Source: a virus (taxonomy: Duplodnaviria > Caudoviricetes). From it: a stretch of DNA of 37,455 nt. The stretch's first letter is position 1, and each line of letters starts with the position of its first letter. The position numbers and the translations under genes were made by a program. A model generated the notes under the pieces. It ran no database searches. It was given only the letters and a program-made list of their open reading frames with translations, and was not told the DNA's origin. This document shows, in pieces, positions 1-8,345 of the stretch. The DNA is taken from positions 1 to 37,455 of IMG/VR virus record IMGVR_UViG_3300037483_000320; one strand, written 5' to 3'.

Positions 1-480
1 GTCCTGTCGTGGGACATGACCTTCAAGAAGACCACCGATTCCGACTACGTCGCCGGCGGCGCCTGGGGGCGCCTCGGCGCGGACAAGTACCTGATCGACC
101 GGGTCAAGGAACGGATGGGGTTCGCCGATTCCGTCAAGGCCGTCCGCGCCATGAAGGCCCGGTGGCCGATGGCTGTCGCCGTTCTCGTGGAGGACAAGGC
201 GAACGGGCCGGCCATCATCGAGACGCTCACGAAGGAGATTCCAGGGGTGATCGCGGTGAATCCCGAGGGCGGCAAGGAAGCCCGGGCGTACGCGATCCAG
301 CCCGAGCACGAGGCCGGGAACCTGTACCTCCCGGATCCGTCGATCGCCTCGTGGGTTGAAGAGTACATCGGCGAGATGGCTTCTTTCCCGCGTGGGGCGA
401 ACGACGACGAGGTCGACCAGACCACTCAGGCCGTGAACTGGATGAGGAACCGGGGGACGCCCGGATTCTTCTTCGCGTAA
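1..480 (+). CDS. terL: Terminase large subunit, C-terminal nuclease domain (5'-partial)
   Basis: Frame open from base 1 (VLSWDMTFK..SDYVAG; VEDKANGPAII; FPRGANDDEVDQTTQA), the typical TerL RNase H-like C-terminal motifs; lies directly upstream of the portal. Confidence 0.93.
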   Translation, partial: VLSWDMTFKKTTDSDYVAGGAWGRLGADKYLIDRVKERMGFADSVKAVRAMKARWPMAVAVLVEDKANGPAIIETLTKEIPGVIAVNPEGGKEARAYAIQPEHEAGNLYLPDPSIASWVEEYIGEMASFPRGANDDEVDQTTQAVNWMRNRGTPGFFFA

Positions 481-491
481 ACGGAGGCGCC

Positions 492-2711
492 GTGCTGAAC
501 GAAATCATCGATCGCGTCGCCCGCTGGAAGGGATATCAGAGCCCCGAGGAAGTTGGCCGGGCCATCGAGGAAGCCAAGGCTGCCGTCGCCGTCCCGGACA
601 GCCTGATCTCCGCCGTGATGACAGCCATGAACACCGGCATCGCCCCGGAGAAGCAGTACTCGCAGCTGGTCGACGCCTACAAGTCGTGGGTCTACACAGC
701 GATCGACAAGATCGCGAAGACCCTCGCGACCCGGAACATGCACCTGTTCGTCTACCGCAGGAAGAACGGCGAGAAAGTCCTCGACCCCATGGCCATCCAC
801 CAGAAGGTAATGGCGCTCCACACAGAGAAGGAGCGAGCGTACGCCCTGAAGGAGATGGGCGTCGAGAAGCAGGAGATCTTCGAGCACCCGTGGCTCTCCC
901 TGCTGCACCGCCCCAACGGGGTCATGTCGCGGATGGTGCTGTGGTACGAGACGATTCTTCGGATGGAGCTGGGCGGCCTGTGCGCGTGGTACACGCCGGC
1001 CAACGGGCTCGGCCTGCCGGGCGAGATCTGGCCGCTGCCGCTGACCAAGTCCGCGGAGATCAAGCCGCAGGTCAACGCGAAGATGATGATCGAGGCGTGG
1101 ATCTACACGGACGGCACCGTGCACAACCGGTTCGCCCCGCAGGACGTGCTCCCGCTGAAGTACCCGAATCCCGCCTCCCCCTTCCAGGGCTTCTCCCCAT
1201 TGATGGCGCAGACCTACCCGTACGACATCGACCTGTTCCTCATGCAACAGCAGCGGGCCCTGTTCCAGAACAAGGGCATCCCCGGGATCCACCTCCACAC
1301 GGACCAGCAGCTCACCAAGGAGCAGGCGAAGGAGATCCGAGACCAGGTCCGGGAGCAGTTCGGGGAGGCCGTGCAGTCGGGCCGCCCGCTGGTGACGCAC
1401 TCCGGCCTGGGCGCGGATAAGGCTGGCTGGTCGAACCGGGACTCCCTGATGACCGACGTTGCCAAGTGGGCCCGGGAGAAGCTGATCACGTCGTACGACC
1501 TCTCGGAGGCGAAACTCGGCCTCGAGGTCCCGAGCAACCGGGCGAACATGGAGGTCCTGGACGAGACGTTCGAGAAGGAGTGCATCCTCCCCAAGTGCGT
1601 GCTGATCGAGGAGCAGATCAACACGTTCCAGCTGCCACGGTACGACCGCGGGCTGGTCTGTGAGTTCGAACGCAGGGACGTCGGCGATCGCGAGTTCGGC
1701 TTAAGGGAAACGGAGATGGAACTACGGACCTACGTCTCCACGATCAACGACGTGCTGAAGCGAAAGGGCCGCCCGGAAGTGCCGTGGGGCAACAAGCCGT
1801 GGTTCTCGTTCGGCGTGACGCAGGATCCGGAGATGCTGAGCGAGCCCGTTCCGCCCCCGCCGCCTCCGAAGGAGGACGAAGAGATCGAGGAGAAGGCCTC
1901 CGCTGCCGTGCGCGCGCGGCGCTGGCGGCAGTTCGTCTCCCGGCAGGCTCCCTGGGAGCGGATTGTCACATCGCAGATGAAGGGGTACTTCCGGAACCTG
2001 GGTGTGGAGGTAATCGGGCGCCTGAACAAGCTTGGACCCCGGGTCGAGGCGCAGTACGCCGGCTGGTCCCGCAAGGCCGTTCAGGAGCACATCGCCAAGA
2101 AGGGCGTCGGTGACGACATCAACATCAACAAGAAGACCGAGGCCGCCCGGCTGCAGTTGCTGGTCAAGCCGCCCGTCACGGCGCTGGTCGAGGAAGGCGC
2201 GAAGCGCATCCTGCGCGAGCTGGGGATCGACATCGCGTTCAACGTGAACGATCCGAAGGTTGCGAAGTGGCTCGGGTCCCGAATGGACATGTTCTCCGCG
2301 GAGGTGGCCGGGACCACGTTCGACGACATCCGGGCGGTGCTGCGCCAGGGGTTCTCCGACGGCAAGCCGCTCTCCGTCATCGCGGACACGCTCCGGGAGA
2401 CGTTCGACTCCTACGACAAGTACCGGGCCCCCCTGATCGCCCGCACGGAGACGATCGCGGCGTCGAATAAGGCGGACCTGCTGGCGATCCGGCAGGCGGG
2501 GATCGAGGAGAAGGTCGTCAAGACCTGGCTCACCGCCGGCGACGAACACGTGCGGCCGTCGCACGTCCAGGCCGGCCAGCGATACGCGGCCGGGATCCCG
2601 GTCGACGACATGTTCCACGTCGGCGACGACGAAATGGATGCACCGGGAAACGGGTCCGATCCGGCCGAGACGATCAACTGCCGGTGCGCGCTCGGGTACG
2701 AGAAGTCGTAG
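492..2711 (+). CDS. Portal protein (HK97-like) fused to a C-terminal MuF/SPP1 gp7-like head morphogenesis domain
   Basis: GGAGG RBS plus GTG start. N-terminal ~450 aa has portal motifs (WVYTAIDKIA, HPWLSLLHRPN, YPNPASPFQGFSPL). After a Pro-rich linker come MuF motifs IARTET, KTWLTAGDEHVRPSH and ETINCRC. Confidence 0.9.
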   Translation: MLNEIIDRVARWKGYQSPEEVGRAIEEAKAAVAVPDSLISAVMTAMNTGIAPEKQYSQLVDAYKSWVYTAIDKIAKTLATRNMHLFVYRRKNGEKVLDPMAIHQKVMALHTEKERAYALKEMGVEKQEIFEHPWLSLLHRPNGVMSRMVLWYETILRMELGGLCAWYTPANGLGLPGEIWPLPLTKSAEIKPQVNAKMMIEAWIYTDGTVHNRFAPQDVLPLKYPNPASPFQGFSPLMAQTYPYDIDLFLMQQQRALFQNKGIPGIHLHTDQQLTKEQAKEIRDQVREQFGEAVQSGRPLVTHSGLGADKAGWSNRDSLMTDVAKWAREKLITSYDLSEAKLGLEVPSNRANMEVLDETFEKECILPKCVLIEEQINTFQLPRYDRGLVCEFERRDVGDREFGLRETEMELRTYVSTINDVLKRKGRPEVPWGNKPWFSFGVTQDPEMLSEPVPPPPPPKEDEEIEEKASAAVRARRWRQFVSRQAPWERIVTSQMKGYFRNLGVEVIGRLNKLGPRVEAQYAGWSRKAVQEHIAKKGVGDDININKKTEAARLQLLVKPPVTALVEEGAKRILRELGIDIAFNVNDPKVAKWLGSRMDMFSAEVAGTTFDDIRAVLRQGFSDGKPLSVIADTLRETFDSYDKYRAPLIARTETIAASNKADLLAIRQAGIEEKVVKTWLTAGDEHVRPSHVQAGQRYAAGIPVDDMFHVGDDEMDAPGNGSDPAETINCRCALGYEKS

Positions 2712-2726
2712 ATCACCCGTTCCATC

Positions 2727-2742
2727 TGTTCCACGTGAAACC
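2727..2742. promoter_or_regulatory. parS-like ParB/Spo0J binding site TGTTCCACGTGAAACC
   Basis: 15/16 match to the bacterial chromosomal parS consensus TGTTNCACGTGAAACA; intergenic. Confidence 0.7.
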
Positions 2743-2747
2743 TTTCG

Positions 2748-2769
2748 ACCCCGCTCCGGCGGGGTTTTT
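2748..2769 (+). terminator. Intrinsic terminator-like hairpin upstream of the prohead protease
   Basis: ACCCCGC-TCCG-GCGGGGT followed by a T run. Confidence 0.75.
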
Positions 2770-2802
2770 CGTTTCCGCAACCCTTCCGAAAAGGAGTCCG
2801 CC

Positions 2803-3867
2803 ATGAAGATCGAGCACAAGATATTCGAGGCCGAGGTCAAGGCGTTCGACGACGAGAATCTGATCGTCGAGAACTTCATCTCCACGGAGCACAAGGACCG
2901 CGGCGGCGACATCATGCGGGCCAATGGGATGAAGATCGTCGGGAAGCCGGTCGTTCTCCTGCTGCACGGCCGCGGGCCGATGGGATCTGAACCGGTCGGC
3001 AAGCCCCTGTCGATCACCATCGACGAGTTCAAGGGACAGCCGGGGATCCTGGCGCGCACGCAGTTCTTCAACGACGAGACCGGCCAGCGGCTCTACCAGA
3101 AGATCAAGGGCGGTTTCCTCCCGAACTGGTCGATCGGCTACTCGGTCGACGAGGCGAAGGATCTCATGCGGGAGGGGAGGTACGACGGACGCGACGTCAC
3201 GAAGTGGCAGCTGTACGAGTATTCCCCGGTGGGCGTTCCGATGAACCCGTTCGCCCAGACGATCAAGGAGTTCCTCGACAAGAACGAGGATCCCAAAGGG
3301 CCGTTCGAGGTCCCCGAGTCGCACTGGTTCGGCGTAGTCGAGGAGAAGGGGGGCGACGGGCTCCAGAAATGCTCAACCTGCGAGTCGTTCCTCGTGACCT
3401 TCACGAAGGAGGGCGGAGAGGAGGTCGGCTCCGCCTGCGAGAAGTGCGACCCGGAGAAGTTCGCCGAGCTGACGAAGGCGATCGCGCCGCCCGAGGCGCC
3501 CGATGATGAAGGCGGCTTCATGATGCAGATCCAGACATTGAAGGGGCTGGTCGACGGCATGAGGGAATTTCTCAAGGACTACCCCGAGAGATTGGAAGCG
3601 TTGAATAAGAGGGTCGAGCAACTGGAACCGCTCCTCAAAACCCTCCCGCCCGAACCGGATGGCGGGGACAAGGGGAACGAGGGCGAAGGCAATCCTCCGG
3701 AGCCGGAAACGCCGCCGCGCCTGGTGTTCAAGGGCACGGCGCAGGAGAAGGAAGAGGCCGAGCGCATCGCGAAGGAGCAGCGGGCCTCCGTCGTCGCCGC
3801 CGTGGCGACGGCGATGAAGCCGCTCATCGATGCGGAGGCCGACAGGCTAATGGGCAAGGTTCACTGA
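2803..3867 (+). CDS. Prohead protease (HK97-type) with C-terminal Cys4/coiled-coil extension
   Basis: AAGGAG RBS before ATG 2803. Motifs ISTEHKDRGGDI, PVVLLLH, WSIGY, LYEYSPVGVPMNP. Lies between portal and capsid genes. Confidence 0.88.
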   Translation: MKIEHKIFEAEVKAFDDENLIVENFISTEHKDRGGDIMRANGMKIVGKPVVLLLHGRGPMGSEPVGKPLSITIDEFKGQPGILARTQFFNDETGQRLYQKIKGGFLPNWSIGYSVDEAKDLMREGRYDGRDVTKWQLYEYSPVGVPMNPFAQTIKEFLDKNEDPKGPFEVPESHWFGVVEEKGGDGLQKCSTCESFLVTFTKEGGEEVGSACEKCDPEKFAELTKAIAPPEAPDDEGGFMMQIQTLKGLVDGMREFLKDYPERLEALNKRVEQLEPLLKTLPPEPDGGDKGNEGEGNPPEPETPPRLVFKGTAQEKEEAERIAKEQRASVVAAVATAMKPLIDAEADRLMGKVH

Positions 3868-3904
3868 CAGCAAATCTTTAACCAAAAAATCAGCGGGACG
3901 CAGG

Positions 3905-3928
3905 AGCCACCTTCGGGTGGCTTTTTTT
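3905..3928 (+). terminator. Intrinsic terminator-like hairpin upstream of the major capsid gene
   Basis: AGCCACC-TTCG-GGTGGCT followed by T6. Confidence 0.8.
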
Positions 3929-3953
3929 GTACCCGCAAGCGGAGGAAAACGAG

Positions 3954-5255
3954 ATGGGCAACGAAAACAAGCAGGTAGTCATCGACATGAAGGACCTCCC
4001 GGGGATTCTCGCGGAGGCGGTCAAGGGGATGGAGTTCCCGCAGATCCTCGCGCTCAAGGAGGACATGAAGCGGGTGGAGCGGGCGGCGTTGTTCCCGGCC
4101 GGAGACGGATCGCTCCTCGAGACGTGCGGGAAGTCGATCATCGACACCCGGGCGTTCTACCGCAAGGAACACCACGAGGGCGGGCCGATGGACGCCACCG
4201 CGCTGGTCCGCGGGCTCGGCGCTTCCCGCACCGGCCCCTGGGTGGCCCTGTCACCCCTGATGCAGAAGTTCGCCAAGATCATCGCGTGCCGGGGCGACTA
4301 CCAGAAGGCCCAGAGCAAGGGGATCGACATCCGGGAGTACAACGCGGAGGTCGCCGAGGCGAACCAGAAGGCGACCGGCCCCCTGACCTCGACCGACGCC
4401 GGCGTGCTGGTCCCCGTGGAGTACCTGGCCACCGTGATCGAGTTCGCCACCGCGCAGTCGGCCATCCTGCCGAAGCTGTGGCGGATCCCCCTCGGGACGC
4501 TGTCCCTGAAGATCCCCCGCCTGGTGCAGGCCGCCGGCTCGTACTTCGGCGGGATCCACCTGTACCACCCGGACGAGGCCGCGGAGAAGTTCAAGACCAA
4601 GCCGAACTTCGATTCCGTCACCCTGACGGCGAAGAAGCTGATCGGCCTGATCGCGGTAACCGACGAGTTGATCGCGGACTCCTCGATCAACATCATCAAC
4701 TACATCACCTCCCTGTTCGTCCGGGCGTTCCAGTGGCAGACCGAGCATGAGGTCCTGCAGGGCACCGGCCTGGGGAACCAGATGCTCGGGATCATCGCCG
4801 ACCCGAACATCAACGTGGTCGCCCGCCAGACGGCGGGGACGGTGAAGTACGACGACCTGGTCAACCTGGAGTCCTCGCTCGACGAGAACTTCGCCGACCT
4901 GACCTTCATCTCCCGGCGCGCGACGGTCAACACGTTCCGGAAGCAGAAGGACACCGTCGGGCAGCCAGTGTACCAGGACGGGTTCGACTCGATGTTCGGC
5001 GGCGCGATCTCCCCGCGGCTGCTCGGGTACCCGCTCGTCAAGACCCGGAACGCGAAGGCGATGGGCGCGCACGGCGACATCACCCTGGGCGACCTCTCGT
5101 TCTACCTGTGGGGAGTCCGCCAGGACATGACGGTCGACAACTCGAAGGACCGGTTCTTCGAGTTCGACGAGACCGCGCTGCGGTTCGTCGTGCGCCAGGA
5201 CGGCGCCCCCGGCGTGCCGGACGCCTTCTCGATCCTCGACACCGCGACGAGCTGA
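3954..5255 (+). CDS. Major capsid protein, HK97 fold
   Basis: GGAGG RBS before ATG 3954. Motifs AGVLVPVEY, FDSVTLTAKKLIGLIAVTDELIADS, RLLGYP, LGDLSFY, FEFDETALRFVVRQDG. Confidence 0.93.
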   Translation: MGNENKQVVIDMKDLPGILAEAVKGMEFPQILALKEDMKRVERAALFPAGDGSLLETCGKSIIDTRAFYRKEHHEGGPMDATALVRGLGASRTGPWVALSPLMQKFAKIIACRGDYQKAQSKGIDIREYNAEVAEANQKATGPLTSTDAGVLVPVEYLATVIEFATAQSAILPKLWRIPLGTLSLKIPRLVQAAGSYFGGIHLYHPDEAAEKFKTKPNFDSVTLTAKKLIGLIAVTDELIADSSINIINYITSLFVRAFQWQTEHEVLQGTGLGNQMLGIIADPNINVVARQTAGTVKYDDLVNLESSLDENFADLTFISRRATVNTFRKQKDTVGQPVYQDGFDSMFGGAISPRLLGYPLVKTRNAKAMGAHGDITLGDLSFYLWGVRQDMTVDNSKDRFFEFDETALRFVVRQDGAPGVPDAFSILDTATS

Positions 5256-5310
5256 TCGCGGCCTGAATAGGTAAGCGCCGGGGGTTTCCTCCTTTCCCTT
5301 CGGCGCGTGC

Positions 5311-5350
5311 GGCGCCCTCGGGCTCTGGGCCGGGCCCGGGGGCGCCTTTT
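5311..5350 (+). terminator. Long GC hairpin with T4 downstream of the capsid gene
   Basis: GGCGCCCTCGGGCTC-TGGGCC-GGGCCCGGGGGCGCC-TTTT (two G-U pairs). Confidence 0.6.
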
Positions 5351-5373
5351 CCATTCGCACAAGCGGAGGTCCC

Positions 5374-5631
5374 ATGCAGGACGAAGTCGTGATGGTGAAG
5401 GTGAAAAATCTCTCTCCGCTGCTTCGCCAACGCAACGGCGAAACCATGCACCTGGAGCTCTCCAAAGCGCGGATTGCGGAACGCAGGGGACTCGTGAAAA
5501 TCATGGCGGGCGAATCGGGTGCGTCCTACGCGACCAGGGAAATGCGCCCGGGCGGCGGCGGGGACTACCTGACAAAGGACCGGTTCGCGGCCTCACGGGA
5601 AGAAGCGTTGAGCAAGAAGGACTTTCCATGA
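5374..5631 (+). CDS. Small hypothetical protein (85 aa), paralog of next gene
   Basis: GGAGG RBS; stop overlaps next ATG (ATGA); aligns with 5628-5846. Confidence 0.75.
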   Translation: MQDEVVMVKVKNLSPLLRQRNGETMHLELSKARIAERRGLVKIMAGESGASYATREMRPGGGGDYLTKDRFAASREEALSKKDFP

Positions 5632-5846
5632 TCCGTCGCCGCGTGATCGTCGAGAACATCGATGCCGCGCTCATCAGCTCCTACGGGAGAACGATGCGCG
5701 TGCCGGTGGACAAGGCAATGCTCGGAGCGCGGCGGGGGAAATGGAAGATCCTCGACGGGCAGCTGGAGACCGCCCCCGACGGCTACGGGTCCCGCGCCGG
5801 GGATTACCTCAAGCGGAGCGGGTTCGTCCATGGGATGCCGTCATGA
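5628..5846 (+). CDS. Small hypothetical protein (72 aa), paralog of preceding gene
   Basis: AAGGA RBS; ATGA overlaps at both ends; shares VxVxN, GxTM, KA, RRGxxKI and GDYL with the upstream gene. Confidence 0.75.
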   Translation: MIRRRVIVENIDAALISSYGRTMRVPVDKAMLGARRGKWKILDGQLETAPDGYGSRAGDYLKRSGFVHGMPS

Positions 5847-6685
5847 GGGTGGCTTGGGTGCAGGATAACTCCCGCCCCTGGGGCGGCGCGGAAGTATCGA
5901 ACCGATGCATCGTCTCCGTGGGGGAAAGCCTGGGATTCGACATCGTCGGCATCACGCCGCAGAACTTCCATCCCCGGGTGATTGCCGGATGCGACGTGGT
6001 GATCATCAACAATTTTTTCCAGTTCGCCGCAGCGCAGGAACAACTGATCCTGAAGACGATCCGGGACGGGAAGTCGTACGTGAAATACGAGCACGACTCC
6101 CGGGAGCTCGGGCGGCCGAAGTTCTCAGTCCCGATCTTCGCGAATTCAATCTTGAACGTCTTCCTATCTCCGGCGCACCTGCAGAACCACCGCTGCCACC
6201 TGGGCTGCGACGGGATCGCGCTGCCGCTGGCGATCAACACGGAGATGTTCAGGCCGGTCCCCGGGGTGGAGCGCCGGGAGAACCGCGCGCTGTTCGTCGG
6301 CGGATGGATCAAAGGCGGCAAGATCGCGGAATCCGTGCACCGATACGTCGCGGATCACCCCGAGCTCGAATACGTCTCCGTCGGCCACAGGATCAACGAC
6401 CGGGTGAAGGTCCTCCCCATGCAGGACCTGTCGAAGATGCCAGCGCTCTACAGCTCCGTGGGCCGCCTAGTCCACCTGCCGGACATGGTCTGCGCCGGAG
6501 AGCGGGTCATATTCGAGGCGGCGCTGTGCGATGTGAAAAAAATCGCGATGAACGACAACGTCGGCCATAAGTCGTGGAACCGGGATCTGTCGGATACAGA
6601 GGGACTGCGCGCCTGGTTGAAGAAGGCCCCGTACGATTTCTGGAAGGCGGTGGAGAAGGCCGTCCGCAAGGAGAAGGTGGCATGA
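5843..6685 (+). CDS. Glycosyltransferase, GT-B fold (GT4-like)
   Basis: MRVAWV..PWGGAEVS N-terminal motif; INTEMFRP; ALFVG; MPALYS..LVHLP..GERVIFEAALCD nucleotide-sugar-binding region. Confidence 0.8.
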   Translation: MRVAWVQDNSRPWGGAEVSNRCIVSVGESLGFDIVGITPQNFHPRVIAGCDVVIINNFFQFAAAQEQLILKTIRDGKSYVKYEHDSRELGRPKFSVPIFANSILNVFLSPAHLQNHRCHLGCDGIALPLAINTEMFRPVPGVERRENRALFVGGWIKGGKIAESVHRYVADHPELEYVSVGHRINDRVKVLPMQDLSKMPALYSSVGRLVHLPDMVCAGERVIFEAALCDVKKIAMNDNVGHKSWNRDLSDTEGLRAWLKKAPYDFWKAVEKAVRKEKVA

Positions 6686-7431
6686 AGGGACAAATCGGCC
6701 CGGCGGTGGAAGCGACCCCGATCCCGGAGCACACGAGAGCGCCCGACCACCGCAAGGACGACCCGCATACCGGCCTGATGTATGAGACGCTGGTCGACCT
6801 GGCGTCCCGCCCCGAGGTCCGCAACGTGATCGAGATCGGCTCCACGGACGGACGCGGGTCGACGATGGCGATCCGCGAGGGGCTGGAGAGGAACCCGAAC
6901 TTCCCCGACGTGAAGCTGTACTGCATCGAGGCGGTCAAGCAGATGTACGACGTGCTGGCCCGGACGCGGGCGCCGTACATGAAATGCTACCGGGTCTGCT
7001 CCTCCCCACCGGCGGAGCACTACTCGGACAAGGAGATCGAACGGTTCTTTCGGGAGGACTGGTCGAAGAGCCCGTTCCACTGCCCGGCGCAGCGGCAGGA
7101 ACCCGGCTGGCACAAGCGGGAGCGGGACCGATACAACGCCTATTTCCTCCGCGAGGGACTTGCCGCAGACGGGGTCGCGCTCATCAAGAACAACAATCGG
7201 ATCGGGAATTTCGATCTCGCGCTGGTCGACGGGGGAACGTACTCCGGCCGGTCGGACACGATGAGGGTCTACGGCGCGAAGTACCTGGTCCTCGACGACA
7301 TCCACACCCTCAAATGCATGTGGGTCTTCCGGGAGCTTCTGCAGGATCCGGTGTACGAGTGCATCATGCACTACCCCTGCACGAAGTCGCACTTCGGGTA
7401 CGCGGCGTTCAAGCGAGTGGACGCCCCTTGA
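6682..7431 (+). CDS. Class I SAM-dependent methyltransferase (Methyltransf_24-like)
   Basis: VIEIGSTDGRGST motif I, LYCIE, FDLALVDG, YLVLDDI. Confidence 0.78.
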   Translation: MKGQIGPAVEATPIPEHTRAPDHRKDDPHTGLMYETLVDLASRPEVRNVIEIGSTDGRGSTMAIREGLERNPNFPDVKLYCIEAVKQMYDVLARTRAPYMKCYRVCSSPPAEHYSDKEIERFFREDWSKSPFHCPAQRQEPGWHKRERDRYNAYFLREGLAADGVALIKNNNRIGNFDLALVDGGTYSGRSDTMRVYGAKYLVLDDIHTLKCMWVFRELLQDPVYECIMHYPCTKSHFGYAAFKRVDAP

Positions 7432-8345
7432 CACAGACGGTCGCCTACTTCAAGTCCGGCATCGGGAACCTGATCGTCGCCACGCCGGCGCTCCAGGCGC
7501 TTGCGTCCATGGATCCATCGGGGAAGATCGATGTCTGCCTGGCGGCGAACTGGAAGGATTCGCGGGAGGCGGCGATCCGGGACATTCTGGCCGGGTCTCC
7601 GTTCGTCGACCAGATCGTCACGTACCCGGGGTCAATGAACGGGAAATACCGGGCTTTCTTCATCCCGGTGCAGAGCGAATCATCCGATGCCGGCTCCTAC
7701 ATCCAGGCGCGGACGCGGTTCAACCGAGAGAAGTGGCCGGGATCGAACTGGACGATCACGAAGGAGCACGAGATTGAGGCGAACATGCGGCACGTCCGCG
7801 CCCTTGGATACAAGGGTCCGACGCCTCCGCTGTTCGTACCCGTCGCCGATGATCCGGTCCTCTCCCTGCCCCGCCCCGTCGTGGGCCTGTGCAACGGGGC
7901 GTTCGGCTCGCCGATGTGGGATAAGAAGCATTGGCCGTACTTCCGGCAGCTCGCAGAGGCCCTGCGGCTATACTTCGGCGGCAGCGTAATCGGGGTCGGA
8001 GGCCCGGGGGAGCTCGAAGGCATACCTCTGAATGCGGACTACGGCGGGAAGCTCACGATGACGCAGACCGCGAAGGCGATCTCCCAGGTCGACCTGTTCG
8101 TCTCCACGGACACCGGCTGCATGCACGCGGCGGACGCCCTCGGGGTGCCGACGATCGCCCTGTTCGGCGCGACGCTCACCTCGAAGAACGCCCCGGTGGG
8201 GAAGCGGTCGCGGGTGGTCCGGTCGATGGAGCCGTGCGCGCCCTGCCAGTATTCCAACCTGTTTCACTCCTGCACCGTGTACCGGTGCATGGAGTCGATC
8301 CTTGTGGGGGACGTGATGCGCGAGGCGAGGAGGATCTTGCCGTGA
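7428..8345 (+). CDS. Glycosyltransferase family 9 (ADP-heptose:LPS heptosyltransferase-like)
   Basis: TTG start overlapping previous stop; GIGNLIVATPALQAL; KKHWPYF; DLFVSTDTGCMHAADALGVPTIALFG; C-terminal PCAPC..C..CM. Confidence 0.88.
   Translation: MTQTVAYFKSGIGNLIVATPALQALASMDPSGKIDVCLAANWKDSREAAIRDILAGSPFVDQIVTYPGSMNGKYRAFFIPVQSESSDAGSYIQARTRFNREKWPGSNWTITKEHEIEANMRHVRALGYKGPTPPLFVPVADDPVLSLPRPVVGLCNGAFGSPMWDKKHWPYFRQLAEALRLYFGGSVIGVGGPGELEGIPLNADYGGKLTMTQTAKAISQVDLFVSTDTGCMHAADALGVPTIALFGATLTSKNAPVGKRSRVVRSMEPCAPCQYSNLFHSCTVYRCMESILVGDVMREARRILP

Noticed and set aside
2611-2626. Second parS-like half site TGTTCCACGT
   Set aside because: Only the left arm matches and it encodes MFHVG inside the MuF domain; likely chance.
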